Shown: positions 37,052-50,400 of the stretch, in pieces | Position numbering within the stretch: the first letter of the stretch is position 1 | Layout: every line of letters starts with the position of its first letter | Source of the DNA: Nemertoderma westbladi | Taxonomy: Eukaryota; Animalia; Xenacoelomorpha | NCBI GenBank assembly: GCA_032718475.1 | Contig: JAUCBJ010007299.1 | Location: forward strand, 34,381-98,380 | Direction: 5' to 3' | Length of the DNA stretch: 64,000 nt | The notes under the pieces: model-generated | Databases searched by the model: none | What the model was told of the DNA's origin: nothing | What the model saw: the letters and a program-made list of their open reading frames with translations, nothing else | Position numbers and translations under genes: made by a program

Positions 37052-37529
37052 TTTATATACTATAGCGATAGTTCCTTTGATCTAATATCAATAAGCTGGC
37101 CTTCCAGTAGAGTTTGTGAGGGTCAAAACAGCTGCTCAGTTGCTATGTATCTTGTTATTGATTGGCAAGCTCCAAAAATAATTTGGTCGTGCTAATCATG
37201 TGACGCTAGGTAGCAAAATTCTAGAGATTGATTCAGTGTCTTTAACTCACCCCTCCCCCCAAAAAAAAAATTTCAACAAATCGTAATGAAATAGAATGAA
37301 TTTGAAACAGATAGTTTCTTATACTTACCTACTGACTTACCTTAGTGGGTTTGTCAGATTTATTTGCGCCATTCTTACTGCAGTTATTCTACTCTACAAC
37401 CTGCAGCGATTCATTCATTCCGATGGAAAGATGGTGTTGCAGCGATTCCAAACTCTGAATTTAATTGCAAAATAGCTGAGATATGGGCATTCAATGTTGC
37501 CCAGTAGCTGGGCAACAACGCAATACTTA

Positions 37530-38290
37530 CCGTGGTGTGGGGTATCTTAGGCCAGTGGGGTAAATTAAGCCATTTTTGAAAAGTTTACTATTTTCATTTC
37601 CAAATTGATACGTAATGCACTTGGTTACATGGAAATGGTCTTAATCGAAAGCACAGCTATCAGATTACACGTTAAACGCATAATATTGCTGCTATTTTCT
37701 AGTTAATATGTTGTATTTGATATTTTAAAAAATTTAGTTTTTCCGAGGACAAATATAAGTATTTCGAGTTGCCCCTTTTCTCGAAGGGGGATCATGATCA
37801 CTGTATTAAAGATGATTAGCATGATTACTGCACTATACTCATTTTAATCAGAAAAAGCCAAATCGTTCGAATTTTCACAAAAATTGACCTATTTCTTTAA
37901 TAACACGAAAAAATTGTCACTGGCATAAGTTGTCCACCCATTTCTTGAAAAGTGGGGTAACTTATGCCACCTTGATTCCAAAGCCTTAAACCGAGCGGTT
38001 TAGCGCACAACTACCTGTTGGGTCGTTTACAGTCAGCGGTAATGGCAGCAGTAACCGCAGGGCCGCTGGCCCTGCGGTACACCGCGCGGTGTACCGTTCC
38101 ATTGGATGTGAACGGCCCTTAAGTCTAGTAATATCTCCTAGTTAGTATGTATATGACAGGTCAAAATGTGGCATTTTTTAACTCTCTTTCATATGGTATA
38201 CTTCTTAAACTGCTACAACTTAAGCCACTCTGCCCACCGTAAAATATATGGAAGCAAAACCACAAGTGGCATAAGTTACTCCACTTGACA
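37530..38290. mobile_element. Putative Tc1/pogo-like MITE with GGGGTAACTTATGCCA-type subterminal repeats
   Basis: Starts TA|CCGTGGTGTGGGGTATCTTAGGCCA; inverted copies TGGCATAAGTT...CCAC at ~37920 and ~38268. Confidence 0.45.
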
Positions 38291-38403
38291 TTTTCAGTTT
38301 GTGTCCAGCCTTGCCATGGCAACATACCCTGTACTTAACTTAAAATTATGTAATTTTATTCTCATATACTCAGAAATGATATAAAAAATTCATCAGTATA
38401 ACG

Positions 38404-38461
38404 ATGTTAACGTTTTTGTTATGGATGTCGCTAATAAGTTTTCATCCAATACTTGGAAATG
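38404..38461 (+). CDS. PKD1-like exon 1, signal peptide
   Basis: MLTFLLWMSLISFHPILGN followed by G|GTAAGC; phase 1 fits exon 2. Confidence 0.65.
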
Positions 38462-41400
38462 GTAAGCACATTTATTATTATTTATGTTTGAGAATGTATT
38501 TTATTTTTGGATATTCATGCAATGAGCCATCACTAGAGTGGAACCGTTATTAGTAGTGGCTACAACACATTGACGTCGTAATGTGGAATTGAGATGATTG
38601 TTCGAATTATTTCCACATTGTTCATTAGTTCTGATCTATTTAATATTCAGCCAGTTCAGTAATTCAGATTGTCTCTGTACTCAGATTGATCTGTGAAAGA
38701 CATAAAAGTCTTAAATTGTGATTGTGACTTCCCTAATTTTTCATCCAGCAACATGTTAGAAGATAATCAGCATGGTCTCATCAGATGGATTACATGTATT
38801 ATATGGTGTATGTATTAAGAGGCCCTAAGTGGCTTTCATCTAGCAGCATAGACTCTACTTCTACCCGGAATGTAGAATCCGATTCCGGGATATTTTCCAT
38901 ACACCATTGATAGGGCAGACCATGCCTTACACTTTCTTATTTTTATGATTTCAGCACATCTCCAAATTCAATATCCCCCTAGAAAGGAGAAGGCTCCTTC
39001 TACATGACCAACAAGAACATTCAAAGGCAACCCGGAAGCGTTTTTATGGGGGATGCCATATACAATACATACCTGTATACTTACCTGTTACCCCCCCCCC
39101 CCCCCCCCCCCCCCCGTCTCAGATAGTGATTCCGGTCACCCCCCAGTCCTGTTAACCCCATTCCTGTTACCCCCCAATCACAGAAAAATATTCATGTTAG
39201 TAAACCATTTTAGTAACCAATGAGGGAAAGGATCAGGTTTCAGAGAAGGCTTTTTCTAACCAAAACAATAAACGATGTTGTTACCAATTGAGGGAAAGGA
39301 GCAGGTTACAGAGATGGCTTTTTCTAACCAAAACAATAAACGATGTTGTTACCAATTGAGAGAAAGGAGCAGGTTACGTTACACTTTTACACTTAGGTTA
39401 CGCTTTTTCTAATGGCAGCCCAAGCATTAACTTCCCAAGGCCTGGCTGAGCTCATGGAAGACACCTTCCTCGAGATGCTCCCTAAGCATCCACATCCCCA
39501 AGTGCCATCCCTACCATGTGGCCCTCTACCTCCGCCATCCCTCATACCAGCTGCAGCTATTTCCAAGGCCATCAAGTCGTTCCCCCCTGGCTCTTCCCCA
39601 GGACCATCCCAGCTACGTTCTACCCACCTGAAGGAGGTTATCTCTGCTCCATCCCCATCCAAGGCCAACCATGCTGTCACGGCACTGACCAATGCTTCCA
39701 AAAATATGGCTGAAGTCCCCAGCATCATTCCTGGGTCTCGCAGTCGTCCAGCTGATATTTTTCTCCCCAACTGGCATCGCAGTCAGCCAATGGCCAATTG
39801 TATTGTACTGTATCGTATTGCCCCTGAGGTTCCCCCTGAGGTCTTTAAAATACCTGAGTGTTTAAAGCTTATCTATCCCATCATAGTAGACATGTACCGA
39901 ACAACAAGAGTCCCACAAGAAATGAAAACAAATAAGTTGGTGCCAGTTCCCAAGAAGGGCAACCTAACACTCTATGGTTCTTTTTGGGGAATCTCATTGA
40001 TCTCGATTGCTGCAAAGCTATACAAAATAGAATTATATTAAATCGCATCAGGGATCCCATTGAGAGACTGCTCCACGGGAATCAGAATGGGTTCCGTAAA
40101 GGTCATAGGACCATGGAGCCCATTTTGGCACTTATAAGGATAATTGAAGAGTTATCAAAAAAGAAAGACAGGCATCTGGCTGTTATCTTTGTTGACTTCT
40201 TCAAGGCCTTGGGATTCCTGATGAAATTATTGCAGCAATCAGATCAGTATACGATGGTTCGACAACATTTGTGTCTACTGTTGACGGTGACACAGAACCA
40301 TTTGAAGTGTTATGGGGCGTCCTTCAGGGAGACACACTTGCACCATTCTTGTTCATAATTGTGGTTGACTATGTTCTACACATGTCCTTAGATCATCATA
40401 ATGATGATGGGGTGATGATAACTCCACCTACTGGCTCCAGAAGTCGACGAAATCCTGCCAAGTACCTAACTGATCTAGACTTTGCTGTTGACTTAGGAGT
40501 ACTCTCAGAATCACTAGAGGGAGCCCGACGGCTCCTCAGCTCATTAGAAAATGCTGCTTCTAGTTTTGAAAGAAAGACCAAACTTTTGACAGTTAACTTT
40601 GAATGTCCTCAGCAACTCTCTGATCGGATGAGCATAAGTTCAAAGGATGGTATGCTTGAGCATGTGGACGACTTCTGTTACCTGGGATCATGGATGTCAC
40701 CGAGAATTAATCGGAAACTTAAGGTCCGATTAATTAGAGCAGCAGTAGTTCCAGTACCCCTCTATGGGAGTCCATGCTGGGCTCTAGCTGCTGAGGACAC
40801 CAAATCTCTGGATAGCACATTCACAAGAATGCTACGCCGGGTTCATTGTGTCAAGTACAATGCATACATCTCCAACCAGACACTATATAACATTGGAGGT
40901 GTCTCATTGGTTCCCCCAAGCTTGACACTAGAACAAAATCGCCTCCGCTTTGCAGGACATTGCTTTCACCGTGAGGACCAGCCAGTGCATAATCTTGTAC
41001 TTTGGCAGCCTCATGGAGTGAATAAGCATGGTGGACAGCCCATGACTTTCTTGAGACGCATCTTAAAGGACACTGGCCTTGAAGATGCGGATGATCTAGC
41101 AAATGTCATGTGTGATAGGGAGTTGTGGCGGCGCAATTTTGTCGACAGTGATAAAACTTGCTGAATTTATAATAGATGTTTGATAGATCACAAGTAACTT
41201 TGCACTCTTCTGCAATAAATTTATGACAAAATCAACTGGCCTAAATAGTCTTTTACTTATAGTATACAATATTACTATTACTGTTTATCATCTCCATTAC
41301 AGCAACGTGCGACCCGAGCTGCGATGCCACAACACAGTTTTGCTATGAATCACTGAGCCCAGGTCCAGCCTGTGTTTGTTCCTTTGGGGAGTATGGGAGT

Positions 41401-44400
41401 GCGGGTGCATGTACAGGTTAGTGCAGGAAAGTGGATGATTGTACATGTACACGTTATAGGTGAGTATTGCTAATGATTAAATGCGAATGCGTGAATGCAT
41501 TGTACGTACAGTACAGTGCACGAGTGGGGCCTTCGTGCAGCAAAAGCTGCAAGCCATCTTAGCGAACAATTGTAATTAGACTATTGCTAGTTAGACTGTA
41601 TATTGGCTTCCGACACACACCAACAACCCCCCCCCCCTCCCCACACATACACAACCGTTCAGAAAACGGCCATAGTATAATTATAACAGTTCGCTGATGG
41701 TTCGCAGTTTGACTCGCCCCACAGGTGCTTGTGCTGTGCAGTTATGAACGTGTGCTTATACAGAAAGTTAATTTGTTAATATTATTTAATATATTATACA
41801 TTTTTAAGCATTATGCAATGGATAGCAACATATTAAGGCGTGCCATGTTTCCATGATTTCCAATAAATATATTGAAATTGTAGACGATCACAACAATTCT
41901 CCAGTATATGGCCAAATGGTTGGCTCTGGTTGTGATGAACGGATACCATTACTTGATAATCAGACTGATTTTCTCTATGCTGCCGGTGACCACGCCGTGG
42001 ACTACACGAATTCCCCTTCTGTGTGCCGAGGCCTTTGCGGTCTCATGGTAAATGACCCAGCTAATTATTCTATGAGGTGGGTCATAATAATATTTCGAAA
42101 ACAAAGATATATAATAATGAAATACGAATAAAAATCTCAAATATTTCTGCACGGTCTATCGCCGCTATTTTCATCCCCTCAGTTAGAATTTACATAATGC
42201 TTTAACAAAAACTTAATTATTACTAAGTGATATAATCAATCTCGCAATGTAAACCTTCTCAAACGTGTCAGAAGACAACATGATTGCAACAGTACATAAC
42301 TTTATTCAGTTGAATTCCATAACTTTAAAATAAAGGGAAATACTTTTTGTGCTTATTGATATTGAGTTTACATTTTGGCATCATATTTGACACAGGTGAT
42401 AGATTACCGTTATGTATGAAAATTTCACATAATTATTGTTTATCTTGTTTACAGTCATGCAGCAATGTTTGACATTATGTGTTTATGTGCCCAAGCAGAG
42501 TCTCCTCCTGATACCGCAGATTGCGATGCAAATTGTAACGGCGATGGCATTGGGTGTCAGGAGCAACTGATACTCAAAGGTGATGTAAGTATCACAATTA
42601 GGACGATTTATTTAAATATAGGTGGTTGTACGCAATCAAAAAATCAATAAAAATTTATGGAATTAACATATTTATCCAGGTTGGTGTATTTATTATCAGG
42701 CGTCAGGGCTTAGGAATACAGTATTATAGCAATACATGGAGTTTATTTAAATTTCATCGTTAATATTTGATCATCGAATACTTTGATCGTTAATATCCAA
42801 GGCGTTCTAGAAGTAAAGTTAAAAATTTAGTTCTAGAACACCTTGATAATGTATTTAATATATCATCGATATATGTGTTATATTTCATAATTTCGATGTC
42901 ATTTGAAAGCAAATATACTACCTTAAACTTTTCATATGTCCATTTTGTGTTTTTGTGTTATGGGCCGGCCACTAATCTATATGCCCCACTCGTATGTGTT
43001 ATTACGTTATCTATATATGTAAGTAATTATTCATCACAGACTTAATGTTTTAGTTGTGATGTTCAGCTGGTGGTGATTTGGAGAGTGCCATTTGATTAAG
43101 TACCAGTGTTGGGGGCGGACAAGGCATCTTGTTTATTAGATTAATAAAGAGATAATTATGTAAACTTTCTTACTTTTAATTTGTCCGGTTGAACATTTTG
43201 CTATAGTGACTATTTTATTTATAGTTAGTGTTTATCAAATTAGAAGGTTAAATTTGTTTAATTGTGTTTTGTATATTCGAATTGTTTGTTGAGAACAATC
43301 CCCCCCCCCCCCCCCCCCGATCGAAGTAGTGTCTAATTTTTCTTACTGCTGGCGGGGCCGGATTTTTTAATTTATTAGCCATTTCGATAAACCGTTGAAA
43401 AACGCCTTTTTGGCAATATTTGACCATATCTGTTGTCTATATTTTTAATCATTTGAATGTAATCTAGATAATATCTGAAAACCGTTTTAAATTTCATCAA
43501 AATTTGTCAAAGATATTATCAAAATACTAAGGTGTAAATTTTGAGACGTAAATCCCTATAATTATCTCTGAATGGCACATATACAAGAATGCTACGCCGG
43601 GTTAACTGTGTCAAGTATAATTAACACACTATACAACATTCGAAGTCACATGGAATAAAACAGAATCTCAAGGTTCGAATATTTATGGCAGTAGTAGTAC
43701 CAGTATCCCTAAATGGGAGTCCATGCTGGGCTCTAACTAAGAGGATACCAATGCTGCGACGGATCCATTGTGTCAAGTACAATGAGAACTCATCTCCAAT
43801 GAGACTCTATACAACACTGGTGGTGTTTCATTAGTCTTTCCTAGCTTGACACTTGAACGGAACCTCCTCCGCTAGGCAGGACATTGCTTTCGCCGTGAGA
43901 ATAAGCCAGTGCATAATCTTATGCTTTAACGGTCTCATGGAGTGAATACGCATGGTGGACAGCAAATGACTTTCTTGAGACGCATCTTTAAGGACACTGG
44001 CCTTGAGGATGCGGATGATCTAGCAAATGTCATGGGTGATAGGGAGTTGTGGCGGCGCAATTTTGACGACAAGCCGGCACAACATTCTTAATATACATGT
44101 AATATATGTAATGCAGCTACAATACAGCATGCCGGTCGTAGTAGTAGTATAGTAGTTTTGTAATAATTAAAGTAAATAAATACATAAGTGTATGTATTTC
44201 TCTGATATTTCAATGAATGAGTATTGTATATAAATATAATGTTTATTTACTTCTGCTGTATCAGATGTCCGAAGGAACTCCGCTACTCTATCATAACAAA
44301 TACCAGAGTATCTACGATGCGTCAACCTTCCTAATGAATATGATGAACGTCTCTGTGATAAACGATGGAATACTTTATTCCTTCAGTGATGTCGTCATAG

Positions 44401-47400
44401 CAACTGCGATTACTGATCCGGCTGGGATTGGAATGTTGCTGTACAGGTAATTGTTTTAGTATAATACACAACAACTGAAAATTATGGAAATGAAATATAG
44501 TACATAATATAGTTAATATTTTTGTATGTTGGTGGATTGACACATCAAGGTCTGTACTTTGTAGATACAGGAAGATTTCTACAGAAAATAGGGAGCTATT
44601 GAATGCATATATTTACAATGCAAACGACTTTATTTTATATCTAACATGACTACAGATATATATTTTTTAATGTGTTAATATGTTATATAACAGTTTTAAG
44701 AAGAGAAACAAAAAACACATTGAAAATTATTAAAAATATTAAAAAAAAAAACAAATAAATCGTTTTAAACTGTTCGATTTTTGGCAATCGTTTAAATCCT
44801 AGATTAAATACTATTATTATTACACAGGCGTTACGAATTGGAGTTTAATGGAAAATATTCTAGTTGGATGCCAGACAGAGAAATCACTGTGCAGTATACG
44901 AGACCGGGGACTTTCTACATAACAGCAGAAATAGATTCACCTAAGGTGGGTTATGTATCTGGCTGGAAACCAAATGAACTGATCTGGGATGGCACCGGTC
45001 ATATAAATACCTCATTGATTTGTAGGAATTAATTATCGATCTTAAATTACATATATAAATAACAATGATTAAAATAAAATGATAGATGTACTGTATAATT
45101 GTAGTAGATACTATTGTCAATTATAGTGGTTTTATTGCAATACCACTATAATTGTACTATAATTAGGTTATGTATTCACCACTATGATACATTTTCACTG
45201 CACTGTATGGTAATATGTATTCATAAGCTAAGGATACTGTTTCCTGAACAACAGGCAACAACACTAACACTGTGGCGTTATGCCACAGATACCACTTGGG
45301 TAAATTGTGTTTTGTTATTCGTGATAGAATGTATTGACCCTTATTACCATAAAATATTTTATACATTATATATTATATTTAATTTCTGTGAAACAGGAGG
45401 TTTGGTCTTCGCAAAGAATAACAGTTGAAGAAGAACTCAACGAGTTTACAACCTCTCTATTCTGTGCGGTATTAGCGCCATCCACGGGAGAAGCGAAATG
45501 TATTGTACGAGCTTTATTTGGAACAAACTTAAAAGTTCAAGTAGACTGGTCGAATGGTGATTCGGAGCCGCTTACTATATATCCCACGGGTAATAATAAT
45601 AACCTTATATTTATCAATTTCAATCGATAAGATATCTATAATTTACTAAATTGAACTTTTGAAGGGAATTGCATCAGGTTTGCTTTACTGTGGGGCGAGC
45701 CACGAAAGTAAGTGAGCTTATTATACGCGGGAACCACTATCTCAATTGGTGTGTCTTTTGAATTGTCGTTTTGTTGTTCTGTCGATTCGAATATTCCAAA
45801 GTTTAAAAAATGTTAAAAATCGTGCTGCGCAAAGGCCCACGCACGTGAAATTTAAATGTCAATGAGCTTGTGAAAAACTCTCGAAATAATCTGGATAGTT
45901 TTTTTTGTTTCAACATTAATCCTCCTTCAACATTCATTCTCCTTTGTAGATCCTGTAAGCTTCACTGCTGGCTACCCTATTCCCTGGTATTTGCACCTAA
46001 ATGTTGATTATACAGTGAAGACAGCAAGTTCTGATGTCATGATTATGGCCACCCCATTTAAACAACATGGGTATCTGAAGGCGGCTGAAGTATATTGCAC
46101 TGGTCCTGGGACTATTATTGTTGCTGTAAGTACAACATATCATGATGGATACATACAATATTGAGCAGGATTTGAGTCCAAGATTAGACAAAATAAATAT
46201 CTGAGGATTCAAGTTCTATAAAACAAGATTATCTAACCTATGGATTGATAGGAGCTCTAGAATTATTATTGTCTAATAATTAAACTAGGGCAGATTTCAG
46301 ATTTAGCTATATACCTTGTACTGTATACAGTTTTATATTCTTCATATGTAAAGAAATATTACCTGTAAATTCTGTAAATCTGTGTAAAATCTGTAAATTC
46401 ACAGCCAAATTTTTACTTAACAAAATTTAAAATTCTTCAAATGTGATTTATAAATTATACAGAATGGAAAACACAATAAAACAAAAAATGTCAGACAATC
46501 TGCCTTGGTAACCTACCCACATAAGCAGAGTGTCTGACATATTACCTTAGAAATTATTATACTGTAGGTAGTATTTTATTATAAATAAATTATGTTTTCA
46601 GGTATTTAAACCCACATGCTTAGATGGAATTGACAAATGTTTCGTATTTCCAAAAAATGAATGTGAACAGAAATTTGATGAGAAACTTACATGTAACTAC
46701 TACGAGAAGACATCATGCGCTAGTGATACCAATTTGTGTGATCAGAATACGTGTTGGAATGAAGGAATCAGTAGCTGTGATGATCCTCCTACAATTACAC
46801 CAACTTCTTACATTCGGGTTTGTGAAGAGTACAATAATGAAAAACTGCAGTATTCACTTTTGTGTGCAGTATAAAAATAAATACAATAGTACTACTGAAA
46901 GTTATTAGGTTATTAATAATTTACTGTGGGTGCACTATAATGACATTTTATACTTGTACTGTACACTGTACATAGTTACATCCTTTATTATTGAGGGATG
47001 TTTTTTATTAGTCTTAGGTTTGTGTAATATTATTGTAGATGTTCGAGCTTTAGGGGTAATCCTATATGTACTGTATGTTGGACAATACCATATACATTGT
47101 TAGATGTATTGTTATTGTTTACGTAACGTTTAGATAAATTTAACTAACTATCTATAATGCCCCTCCTTTGCATTTTATCAGGTTCCTGATAGCGAGATTA
47201 CTATTGAATGTTCCCAGTCTGGACGGAAAATTATGAAGTTTCCATTCTCGGAAACCTATCGCATGGCAGCCACTTCTGGACCCACTCCGGATAACTACTG
47301 CGAATTCGAAGAAACTGAAGCGGCTACAGATGTAAGTTTAATCATTACTTATTATTATTGATGTGCAATGTATTTGGTGGCATAAATAGTGCTGATTCAA

Positions 47401-50400
47401 ATTTAGTGAATGTTGAACTATAGGCCAAAATAGTATTTGTTTTATCATTAATATTAGTTTAAAACATGTATATAAATTTCTAAATTCATTTTCATAATAT
47501 TATTAAATGATCCGAAAAAAATTTGTAAATTAAGTGTTATTCTGTGTTATAAAAAAAATAAAACACAGGTAAGTAATTATAGTGATTATAATTATATAGT
47601 TTTATTCTATGGGATTTCCAAATCCTGGACAGACTATTTAACGCTGCCATTTTTTCACACCTGATCCATGATCCCAAGTAGCAGAAGTCATCCACGTGCT
47701 CAAGAAAGCCGCCCTTAGATGCATGCCCTTACGATCAGACATTTCTTGAAGGCTGTCTAGGTTGACAGTCATGATTTTGGTCTTCTTGGAATTTACAAAA
47801 AGACTAACAATATAAGCAACCTGCTCCAATGAGCTGAGGAGCCATTGGGTTCCCTCTAGTGATTCTGAGAGTACTTGTAAGTCAACAGCAAAGTCGAGAT
47901 CAGTTAGGTACTTGGCAGGATTTCCTCGACTTCTGGAGCCAGTAGGTGCAGTTACCACCACACCATCATTATTAAGATGGTCTAAGGACATGCGTAGAAC
48001 ATAGTCAACCACAATGGATAGAAAACGAATAAGAAAGGTGCAAGTGATTCTAGTGATTCTGACAGTACCCCTATAGCATAAGTCAAGTCTATATCTGTAA
48101 GGTCCTTTGCTGGATTTCTTCTACTTCTTGTGCCAGTAGGGGGTGTTACCATCACCCCACCCAATCTTTATTTAGTTGGTCTAAGGTAAGGACATGTGTA
48201 GAACATAATCACCCAAAATTACGAATAAGAATTGTGCAAGTGTGTGCAAATGTGGTGGAACCATCCTACAGTGATCTGATGGCTGCAATAATTTCCTCAG
48301 GAATCCCATATGCTGCCAGAAGCTGAACATACATGGTTTAGAGAGAGAATAGAAGGCTTTAAAGAAGTCAACAAAGATAATAGCCAGTTGTCTGTCTTTC
48401 TTTATTGATAACTCTTCAATTATCCTTCTAAGTGCCAGAATAGGCTCCATGGTCCCACGACCTTTATGGAACCAATTTTGGTTCTCACATAACAGTCTCT
48501 CAACAGGATCGCTGATGCGATTTATTAGAATTCTGTTGTATAGCTTTGTAGTAATCGAGACTAACGAGATTCCACGAAAAGATCCACGGGTTGGATCTTT
48601 TCGTCGATCTTTAATGGATCTTTACGACAACTAAACGTACATTTAGACATAATACAGTTGTGAACTAAGATTTACTGGGCAATTGGGACAGCTTGGAAGG
48701 TCAGGAATTTTTGGAATGTTGTATAAGTTTGCCGAAGTTGACAGTAGTGTAAGAGTTTCCTAATGTTTTCTCTATGGTCAAACTAATCTCCTTTCATTAA
48801 GGCTACTATTAATGCTACTATTTATTTGGCTTATAGTGATGAAATACTAAGATGTAAGATTTCATCGATAATAACTGTAGAACATTAGATGATTACGTGT
48901 TGCCTATCAATGTAAAAAGCCTTATTAATCTTTGTGTTCATAAAGTGGCGAATTTAAGTGTTTGAAGAGGATAAGGTACCATGGCTGGAGCCTGGAGGAT
49001 ATTCATATCTTCAGTTCTGTTCAGGGTCTTTATTTCGAAGACCTCATGGGCAAGCTTGAAATTTACTTATCAAATCAACCACACTATTTGTTTGTCAGCA
49101 TGCACCTCAACTTCTTCCAGTCATCTTTCTGAAGTATTCTGATATAGGCCTACAGTTAATAAATATAAATTACTTATAACTGTAACTTAACTAACTTACT
49201 TAAAGTAAGTTGGATTAAAGTATAAGTGTTAGGTAGAGGCTAAAGTATGTTTACTCCCTTGCCAAAAGTTGTATATTGCTAAGTATTAAACTAACACTAT
49301 TATTTTTTAGACAATAGTAGAAGTCAACCCTGGATATATTATTGGAATTGCCTCTGGTTCTTATGCCATTTCTACTACTGATGATACTGTTATCTATGTC
49401 CAAGGGATTGCTGCTGAAATGTCAATTGTTTATCCCACCACAATATATGACATTGCAACACCCTCATTCACCAAGGAGTAAGTTAAAATTCGTTATTAAT
49501 TAAGGGGGGGGTACCCCCTCCTTGGGTCAAATTTTCACATTTTGGGTTTTCTATTTCATCTGATGCAGAATTTAATGGGGAGTTCAAATCTTGAAACAGT
49601 TTGGCGGGATCTTTTTTAGTTCTCGAGTTATCGCTGTCTTTCCGTCTTTCAGTTTGTCCGTCAAAATTTAGGAGACAGACAGACAGACATGCTGTCAGAC
49701 AGACATATTAGATACCACCAAACATTAAAACTGACATCAGAAATGAAATCAACGACCCCGAAAACCCCCATATTGATAATTTTAGTGAGTTGGTATGACG
49801 ACATAGTGTCAAACATTACTGACCGTTAACAGACTACAGACAGTCAGGTTTGAGCGGGAAGGTTCAAATTTTAAAGCAAATTATCTCGGAATTACATTTC
49901 ACGATATTTCCATTTTTCAAAATACTACTCCTCCGCCATTTTTGAACCAATTTTCATAATTTTTTTATACATTGGTGCTGCATCTGTCAGTAATAAAACA
50001 TACTTGCCACATTTTTTAATTTTTATTCCTAACTGCTCCTATGTGGCATTTTTCATGATAAAACCCATATTTTTAAGTGAAAAATAATATTTCTAATTAT
50101 AAAATGAAAATTAAATCGAAATTTTATTTTCTGCCAAGTATGTTTCATGTGCAAAACCGTCCTGAGGAAAATAGTGTTAATTTCACCAAATTTGGACCAA
50201 AACTGACGGTAGAGTAGCGTTTTAAGTGAATTTTGCATTTGCGCACCTGCCCGCTAGAGGGCGACGTAAAATTACAAATATTTTGTTTATGATCATTATT
50301 TGACCTCCCTGTGGTTGATCGAACCCCACAAAAGATACATAGTTACATTCAAAGTAGTAGTAATGGCCATGAAAATATAGGGTATTAAGGGGGGGTACCC

